Source: a virus. From it: a stretch of DNA of 64,000 nt. The DNA lies in the IMG/VR virus record IMGVR_UViG_3300032294_002964, positions 1-64,000 of that record. One strand, 5' to 3'. The notes under the pieces are model-generated. The model had not been told where the DNA came from. It made no database searches and worked only from the letters and a program-made list of their open reading frames with translations. Shown piece by piece: positions 57,417 through 64,000 of the stretch; within the stretch, counting starts at the first letter, position 1, and each line of letters opens with the position of its first letter. Position numbers and translations under genes: made by a program.

Positions 57417-60059
57417 TTATCTGACTAATGTTACTCTACCTCTATAAACGTGTGTAACATCGAAAACATCAGTTACAAAAAACTGATATGCATAAACATC
57501 TATTTGACAATCTACACCATTTAAAGTACCATCCCAAATAGGTGGTTCAGACGAAGTTTGATCAAAAATCTTCTCACCCCATCTATTAAATATTTGCATT
57601 GTAACACTTTTATAATTTGTACCCTTTCCATAAAATACTTCATTTCTTTTATCATCTGTTGGTGTAAAGGCATTTGGTATATAAAAAGTAAATATTGGAG
57701 TTACATTCACAGTACCATAAGAACTATCGACACAACCATATTGATTTTCTGCCAGTAGTGTTATTAAAAAATTACCTGAGTATAAATAAGAGTGTTGTGG
57801 ATTAGATAGAGAACTATAAGTACCATCTCCAAAATCCCAAGTGTAACTTGTAGCACCTACTGAATAATTTGTAAAACTTACTAAAGGATTATATTCATCA
57901 ACTTCAGTTGGAAATACAGTAAATCCAGCAGTCGGTGTCGGTCTAACTAAGATAATAGCTGGTGATGAATTTGAAGTACATCCATTTATGTTTGTAACTT
58001 GTAAAGTTACTTGATAAACTCCACTTGAATTATAAGTGTGTGTTGGGCTTTGTAAGCTTGAAAATTGACCATCTCCAAAACTCCAGTTCCAAGAATTTAT
58101 TATACCAGAAGAGGAGTCATTAAAATCCAGTGTTAATGGTGGACATCCAGCACCACTATTAGGAGTAAAAGATACAACCGGCAGTGGATTTATAACAATT
58201 GGACCTTGGTCAGTACCTACACAACCAAAATTTGATGTAGCCGTTAATGTAACATTAAATGTATTTGCTGATGTATAAGTGTGTGTTGGATTTGGTACAT
58301 TCGAAATTATATTGTCTCCAAAATTCCAAACATAATTTATAATTTGTGATGTTGGTGATATTGTACTTAAATTTGTAAATAGTATATCACTATTTACACA
58401 TTGATTACCAGAATTAGTAAAGTTAACAATAGGGTTAGGATATATTGTTACTGGATTAGTAATGTTTGATGAGCAGGATAAAGATCCATCAGTTGATAAA
58501 ACTAAAAGATTTACATTATATGTTCCTTCTGAAGAATATGTATATGTTGGATTTTGAAGAAGTGATGTTGATCCAAATTCTCCAAATGACCACAGATATT
58601 GATTAGATATTGACCAAGATGGTGTTTGTGAATTATTTAAAAATTGTGTCTGAATACCTTGACAATTATTTTGAGCTAAAAAGCTAGAAACTGGATTTTG
58701 CCTAATATTAACAACATCAGAAACTGTATCTCTACAACTTGTGCCTTGTATTCTAACTATTAAATCAACATTATATGTTCCAGAATTCGGATATGTATAA
58801 ATTGGAGATTGTAACTGTGATGAGATATTATTACCAAACAACCAAGTATATTCTATGTTATATCCAAACTCTGGTGGTGTTGTGTTTATAAATGATGTTG
58901 GATTTCCAAGACAATTATCATTTACCAAAAAGCTAGCTGTTGGAATTGGATAAACATTTATATTTTGCGATATTTGATCAGTGCAACCGTTATCAGTTAT
59001 AACTTCTAATGTGACAATATACGTACCTGGTGAGATGTATATATGTGATGGATTTGTTAATGTAGATGTTGTTCCATCCCCGAAATTCCATAAGTAAGTT
59101 CCTAATCCATTGTTAGAAATTGTACTTGTGTTTGTGAAATTGAAAGTACCCTCACACTCACCAGTATATGTAAAAGATGGTGTTGGTATTGTTGGCTCTA
59201 AAGCTGCTTCTAATGTTAATTCACAACCTGTAGTTGTTGTTATATAACAACTAAGTGTATCATATAGAGTTGGATCTACAGTTATACTTGGTGTTGTTTC
59301 ACCAGTTTCCCATAAATATGTTGCAAAACCAAATGGTGCCGATAATACGGCTTCGGATTGATTTAAACAGTATTGAACATTTATTTGATTTGGTGAGCAG
59401 GATATAGCATCTATATAAGCGTACCCAAAGTGTCCACCGAGTGAGCAGTCACCTGTTTCGAATTCCAAAGTAACGGTTTGGCCGACATATGCGCTCAAAT
59501 CAACAGAAACAGTTGACCAATCTCTCCAAGCGATATTAACGGGATCTCCCTGACTATCAATACTTGGGCAGCTTTGAAACCCTGGTAGGTTAGAGGCTGC
59601 TGTTACCATATATTCTGTACATTCTATTACACTACCGTCTGATCGTCTAACTCTTGAATTAAATCTTGGTTGTTCATCATCAGTATGTCCTGGATCTTCA
59701 AATACTACCGCATATGCATATTGAACTAGTGTACTTTGTGGAGTAACAATAAATGTAAACGATAGAGCCTCAGCTTCAGCTCCAATATTATCATTTCCTA
59801 ATCTAGCAGAGAAACTACCAGAATATACAGTTGATAGTCCACCACAAGTATTTGGATCTATACCTTGTGTCATTAGTGTTTGTCTACCATTTACAATTCC
59901 ATTATTTGGTAAAGCTATTGGACAACATTCACCTCTTCTACCTTGCCATCCAGTGAAATTACCTAGTTCGAAGTCAGCATTATAGCAACCTTGTGAGAAC
60001 AAGTTCAATGTCAGTATTAAAGACATCGCTAACATCAAATAACTTTTCCATAAAGACAT
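57417..60059 (-). CDS. Secreted PKD-repeat protein with T9SS type-B (gliding-motility-associated) C-terminal sorting domain
   Basis: Signal peptide; six PKD repeats (W.FG.G..S....P.H.Y...G.Y.V.L); C-terminal YIPNAFTP..N..F...IFNRWGE..F...WDG...Y.Y...G.VTLVR. Confidence 0.9.
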   Translation of the reverse strand: MSLWKSYLMLAMSLILTLNLFSQGCYNADFELGNFTGWQGRRGECCPIALPNNGIVNGRQTLMTQGIDPNTCGGLSTVYSGSFSARLGNDNIGAEAEALSFTFIVTPQSTLVQYAYAVVFEDPGHTDDEQPRFNSRVRRSDGSVIECTEYMVTAASNLPGFQSCPSIDSQGDPVNIAWRDWSTVSVDLSAYVGQTVTLEFETGDCSLGGHFGYAYIDAISCSPNQINVQYCLNQSEAVLSAPFGFATYLWETGETTPSITVDPTLYDTLSCYITTTTGCELTLEAALEPTIPTPSFTYTGECEGTFNFTNTSTISNNGLGTYLWNFGDGTTSTLTNPSHIYISPGTYIVTLEVITDNGCTDQISQNINVYPIPTASFLVNDNCLGNPTSFINTTPPEFGYNIEYTWLFGNNISSQLQSPIYTYPNSGTYNVDLIVRIQGTSCRDTVSDVVNIRQNPVSSFLAQNNCQGIQTQFLNNSQTPSWSISNQYLWSFGEFGSTSLLQNPTYTYSSEGTYNVNLLVLSTDGSLSCSSNITNPVTIYPNPIVNFTNSGNQCVNSDILFTNLSTISPTSQIINYVWNFGDNIISNVPNPTHTYTSANTFNVTLTATSNFGCVGTDQGPIVINPLPVVSFTPNSGAGCPPLTLDFNDSSSGIINSWNWSFGDGQFSSLQSPTHTYNSSGVYQVTLQVTNINGCTSNSSPAIILVRPTPTAGFTVFPTEVDEYNPLVSFTNYSVGATSYTWDFGDGTYSSLSNPQHSYLYSGNFLITLLAENQYGCVDSSYGTVNVTPIFTFYIPNAFTPTDDKRNEVFYGKGTNYKSVTMQIFNRWGEKIFDQTSSEPPIWDGTLNGVDCQIDVYAYQFFVTDVFDVTHVYRGRVTLVR

Positions 60060-60152
60060 TGGTATTAGTTCCTTGCATTATATATTAACTAAAAATTGTA
60101 ATATAGTACAAACTGTCTATTTTAAAAGAAAAAAGACAACTTTAAAAGTGTC

Positions 60153-61415
60153 TTAATTATCTTCATTTTCAGGATCAGACTCTTGAAAGAATAGTGTTGG
60201 ATCTTTCTTCTTCAAGAAGTCTCTTGACTTTAAAAGTCTTTCATTTTGATCTCTGACCCAATCTTTTGCGAGTTCATACGGCTCAATCCCTTTAGTCATT
60301 TGCATTACATAACCAAAGTTTGGTTCTTTCTTATAGTATTTAAGAGCATATTCCTTTCTATCAGAACCCATATCAAGGAATACTTGATATGATTTCTTAA
60401 TATCTTCTTCTTTATCACTAACCGCCTTCTTGATAATAGAAATTATCTTATTAATTCTCTCATGTGCTTCTTTTTCATCTTCTGGGACTTGTCCTAAGAT
60501 ATCATCAATCTTATCATCTAAGATATAACCTACGATGATATGTTCACGATACAAATCATTTGTAAGAAGACCATGACGCTCGCAATACCAAGGAGTCTTG
60601 ATTTTGAAAAAGAAATCTTTTCCATATTCATCCTCAGTTTGAACAATCACACCTTCTTTATCAACTTGAGTTGCATTCACTTCAATAAGTGAATCTAAAT
60701 CTTTAGAATCATCTTCAAATGGTGCAATTCTGATAGTAGATATCTTATCTAAGTGATCTTTTATATTTAAATGTTTTCCAGTAGAATTATCTCTCATTCT
60801 CAAAAGAATAAGATCCTCTTCCAAGTATCTTAATACAATTCTATTTGCAGGAGATACATACTCAAAAATTGCAGTAATATTGTTATCTATACACCAATCA
60901 ACAAATTCTTTAACATCTGCTCTGGTTCTATAAACTCTATTGATACCATTAGCTTGTTCATTATCAAATCCCATTTTAGATTTACCTAAAATTTTACCAT
61001 TTGGTAATTGAATATATGATGCAATAGATCCATCCTCTTTGTTGTTTACAAATTTTATTTTGTAATTTTTAACAATAGAGTATGCAGACTCTGGTACTTG
61101 ATTTAAGTTAAAGAACTTCTCAAGTAGTAAGAATCTTTTATATAGAGTACCATCAGTATTAAATACGAAAGTAAGACCTCTCATTTCATATGCTTTAACT
61201 TCTGGTCTATTTTCTAATGGAGTGACAAAATCTCGATATTGAGCAAGTCGGTAATTGAAAACAGATATTGGATATCCATCAATCACAAATTTAGACTCAT
61301 AGAATGGAGACTCTTCTCTAGAGCACATCTCGACACAATCTTCATAAGTTGGAAGATAGTGTGATGATAAGTCTGTTGATTCTTTTAAAAATTCTATGTA
61401 GTTAAATATTTTCAT
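60153..61415 (-). CDS. RNA ligase, T4 Rnl1-like, with CTS-like leader
   Basis: EMRGLTF, EKFFNLN, KEDGS (motif I), FEYVSP.NRIV, EGVIV and KIKT.WY. Confidence 0.9.
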   Translation of the reverse strand: MKIFNYIEFLKESTDLSSHYLPTYEDCVEMCSREESPFYESKFVIDGYPISVFNYRLAQYRDFVTPLENRPEVKAYEMRGLTFVFNTDGTLYKRFLLLEKFFNLNQVPESAYSIVKNYKIKFVNNKEDGSIASYIQLPNGKILGKSKMGFDNEQANGINRVYRTRADVKEFVDWCIDNNITAIFEYVSPANRIVLRYLEEDLILLRMRDNSTGKHLNIKDHLDKISTIRIAPFEDDSKDLDSLIEVNATQVDKEGVIVQTEDEYGKDFFFKIKTPWYCERHGLLTNDLYREHIIVGYILDDKIDDILGQVPEDEKEAHERINKIISIIKKAVSDKEEDIKKSYQVFLDMGSDRKEYALKYYKKEPNFGYVMQMTKGIEPYELAKDWVRDQNERLLKSRDFLKKKDPTLFFQESDPENEDN

Positions 61416-62055
61416 TCTTTATGAATTCAAATTTTGGATGCAAATATATGGAATTATCTTTTTCTTCTATATCAAAATCTTTTTTAATCATTTGCATTGC
61501 TTCTTCATATGTGTCTTTGTAATCTTGTACAAAGCTTAGATCTTTAATATATTTAGTGTGTTTATTGACATTTAATTTTATACCATCGTCATATAGACCA
61601 ATTGAAATTTTACCGTTATACTTAGTATTGAATATTTTCTGAATAATAATAAACTTGTTAATATTATTAATCATAAACATATCTTGAATTATAGATATTG
61701 TGTATTCCACTCCATATCCATTTTCAACACTAACTTTATCCTCATCAACTCCAATTTCATCACAGAAATTACCTAAACATCCTAAAAAATCTTGTTGAAA
61801 CTCTTTATATTCTTTGAAATTTAAAACATTATGACTTGGTCTACTAATGTAAATTACAATTTGTTTATTACATTCTACCTGATCTACTTTAGTACTATCT
61901 AAAAATCTTTTTAAAGCTTGTGAAATTGTTTTACCTGACTCTCCGTTTCCATCACTATGAACAACATAATGTTCACTTCCTATTCTAGGAATCCAACCAT
62001 TATCAATTAAATCAATAAATGCATCTCTTAGTAATTCCTCTGTTATTTTTTTCAT
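61402..62055 (-). CDS. Hypothetical protein (internal-protein paralog family)
   Basis: ELLRDAFIDLIDNG helix shared with 48702-49088. Confidence 0.5.
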   Translation of the reverse strand: MKKITEELLRDAFIDLIDNGWIPRIGSEHYVVHSDGNGESGKTISQALKRFLDSTKVDQVECNKQIVIYISRPSHNVLNFKEYKEFQQDFLGCLGNFCDEIGVDEDKVSVENGYGVEYTISIIQDMFMINNINKFIIIQKIFNTKYNGKISIGLYDDGIKLNVNKHTKYIKDLSFVQDYKDTYEEAMQMIKKDFDIEEKDNSIYLHPKFEFIKNENI

Positions 62056-62549
62056 CTTTCTATATAATCTTTGTGTACTATTGTTATGGAATGATCAACA
62101 TTCCAGAAAATTTCAGAATCTATTGAGTGTAATGCTTTTGACCATAGATCATCATAACCAAGCGATTGATACCTATTACGAAGATGGTGCAACTCATTCG
62201 TTGGATTGTCTTTTGGTAAAATTTTATCAACTTGTTTAACTGTTTTTATTTTAGTATCGTCAAATAATACATATAAATCTTCTGATGATAAGTGTGAAAT
62301 TATACTTTTAAATTCATTTTTAAACTCTTCGATATTAATATTGTTTAAGTCAAATCTAATAGTGTATCGATACTCAAACATATCAGAGATGTCACTTGGG
62401 ACAGCTTTCTGAATACGTTTACAGTATACACCACTTAGATCTCCTAAATTATTCATTAAATCTCTGATAAAATCAGATAGATAATTTACATCTAATTTTG
62501 TTGGATTGCCTTTATTAGCTTTAAAAAAGTCCACAAATTTTTTAATCAT
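62052..62549 (-). CDS. Putative internal virion protein
   Basis: MIKKFVDFF; late motif at 62557-62564. Confidence 0.45.
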   Translation of the reverse strand: MIKKFVDFFKANKGNPTKLDVNYLSDFIRDLMNNLGDLSGVYCKRIQKAVPSDISDMFEYRYTIRFDLNNINIEEFKNEFKSIISHLSSEDLYVLFDDTKIKTVKQVDKILPKDNPTNELHHLRNRYQSLGYDDLWSKALHSIDSEIFWNVDHSITIVHKDYIER

Positions 62550-62643
62550 AATAGATTATATATTATTTTTTAAAAAATCATTTATAATTTTAAATAAATA
62601 ACAGTTGGTGATTTATTTTCAAATATAGATTAATATATAATTT

Positions 62644-62892
62644 ATGATAGACTATAAAAAGGAAATAATACCTGTAATTAAATGGTTAGCAATAGACCTA
62701 TTCGAGGTTGTAATTGATATTGAGTTATCAAATGGGTTATTATTTAACACAATTGAGTGGAGAAAAGATAAGAAAAAAGTCTATCTACACAAAATAGAAA
62801 ATAACTTAGATTATCAATTTGACTTTGATGACTTTGATATAGAAACCAAAAAAGAAATCTACTACTTTCTAGTTAGGAATTTTCTGAACTAA
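62644..62892 (+). CDS. Hypothetical protein
   Basis: Late motif at 62632-62639 directly upstream. Confidence 0.5.
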   Translation: MIDYKKEIIPVIKWLAIDLFEVVIDIELSNGLLFNTIEWRKDKKKVYLHKIENNLDYQFDFDDFDIETKKEIYYFLVRNFLN

Positions 62893-63379
62893 ATCTATTT
62901 TTATTTTTCTGTTCTAAATACTTCTTCACATCATCATAAGTAACTGCACCTGGATTAACTTTCAGTGTTTCCGCATTTCCTTCTTTTTTAACTTCAAGTT
63001 TCTTTTCCTCAGCTATCTTCATTCTTTCTTCATATTGAGTCTCCATCGTTTTTAATAGATGTCCTAAATAAAAATCAATACCTTTATCTTTTACCATTTT
63101 TGAATCGAAATTAAAAATAAACTCTTCTGCATTATAATATAGCGCAAAAACATCCTCGTTTATATAATAGTCAATATAAACTATTATATCACCAATTGTT
63201 CCCTGCATATTAATATTGGTTTTATATTGATTGTTATAGAAAAAGCTGAACTTATCCTTTTCATTGTACCTTCGCTGACCATTATGTTCAACAGTGGTAA
63301 CAAGTCCTAAATTTTGACGATAATATTTGGACTTTTTTAATTCATTAATTAAAGTTGGTCTTGTAACTATATTATACAT
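62873..63379 (-). CDS. Hypothetical protein
   Basis: ORF only. Confidence 0.5.
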   Translation of the reverse strand: MYNIVTRPTLINELKKSKYYRQNLGLVTTVEHNGQRRYNEKDKFSFFYNNQYKTNINMQGTIGDIIVYIDYYINEDVFALYYNAEEFIFNFDSKMVKDKGIDFYLGHLLKTMETQYEERMKIAEEKKLEVKKEGNAETLKVNPGAVTYDDVKKYLEQKNKNRFSSENS

Positions 63380-63399
63380 AAATTATGTATTTAAGAACA

Positions 63400-63963
63400 T
63401 TATTCCCCTACCTCGATCTCTAGATTTTCCTCTTTTCCAAAGTTTTTATCATATTCAATTTTAAGATCAACTAAGAAGTTGTCATCTATTGATTCTATTT
63501 CAACATTTTTACTTAAAACTGGATAGACAGTACCATCTTCATCATACTTCTTAAATTTAACATAACAGTTCTTAATATCTTTATAAGAGAAATTTTTTGT
63601 TTTATCTTTAACTATTGCCTCTTCTAATGGTATAGATATGTAAAGATCATATCTAGATTTATCACTGTCTTCAAAATAAAATTTTATATTATCATTAAGT
63701 GCTGAATATTTACTAAACTCGCTATCAACTAAATTTAAACCTAAATCTTGAAAAGATATTTTAGACTTATCCTTTTCTTCTTTCTGACCTCTCTTTAAAG
63801 CATCACTCATTTTAATTAAATTATCATCAGTAGCTTCCTCTTTATTCTCTTCAAAATAAGACTCTATTTTGATCTTTAATTTATGTAGAGCTGTTTTAAC
63901 ATACTCTTCAGGAGTTTCATAAACATTTTCATTTATAAAATCTGTAAATTTTGATATCTTCAT
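63400..63963 (-). CDS. Putative internal virion protein
   Basis: MKISKFTDFINE. Confidence 0.5.
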   Translation of the reverse strand: MKISKFTDFINENVYETPEEYVKTALHKLKIKIESYFEENKEEATDDNLIKMSDALKRGQKEEKDKSKISFQDLGLNLVDSEFSKYSALNDNIKFYFEDSDKSRYDLYISIPLEEAIVKDKTKNFSYKDIKNCYVKFKKYDEDGTVYPVLSKNVEIESIDDNFLVDLKIEYDKNFGKEENLEIEVGE

Positions 63964-64000
63964 TTTATATGTGTGTTTTTATAATCAACCTTTAGTCCTA

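Noticed and set aside
1133-62412. Short antisense or nested ORFs in the track (e.g. 1133, 5271, 7214, 7339, 8359, 10019, 13994, 14517, 15066, 17929, 18172, 18642, 19398, 19788, 20243, 25439, 27544, 28383, 33945, 36231, 38792, 39016, 40923, 44725, 55835, 57558, 62206)
   Set aside because: They are shadows of well-supported genes on another frame or strand, with no motifs or promoters.
1-64000. CRISPR array, tRNA genes, rRNA, IS elements, introns or inteins
   Set aside because: No regularly spaced repeats, cloverleafs, transposases or interrupted conserved genes were seen by eye. A tRNAscan/Infernal run would be needed to exclude them fully.
1-64000. Stop-codon reassignment as in some huge phages
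   Set aside because: Conserved genes (dnaK, clpC, guaC, TBDR) are full length in code 11 and coding density is high.

Overview
This is a very AT-rich, gene-dense 64-kb segment in the standard genetic code that reads as part of a huge (jumbo) T4-like myophage infecting a Bacteroidota host. The phage call rests on a gp32-like ssDNA-binding protein, a gp13-like neck protein, a tail tube/terminator-like protein, a T4 Rnl1-like RNA ligase and a repeated late-promoter-like motif. The host call rests on TAnnTTTG promoters, a T9SS type-B sorting domain and a Bacteroidetes-type TonB receptor. Main contents: (1) a compact ~225-nt type-A RNase P RNA at 1404-1627, missed by the ORF track, with a fully pairable catalytic domain and a drastically reduced specificity domain; (2) a tRNA/translation toolkit (minimal GluRS-like protein, PTH2-like hydrolase, Rnl1, PNK-like kinase); (3) a TonB receptor-PnuC-NadR module for NAD precursor import; (4) a ~14-kb glycosyltransferase/methyltransferase cluster next to structural genes; (5) DnaK, DnaJ, GrpE and an N-terminally truncated ClpC; (6) about 16 late genes sharing a T4 capsid-targeting-like N-terminal peptide, including an Acb1-like 2H phosphoesterase and the RNA ligase; (7) about 8 unrelated proteins sharing a C-terminal R-x-x-K-L-x-x-I/L-L motif; (8) a Ser/Gly/Cys-tailed peptide next to a radical SAM gene; (9) at least three promoter classes. 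All calls are from motif recognition by eye; no searches were run.
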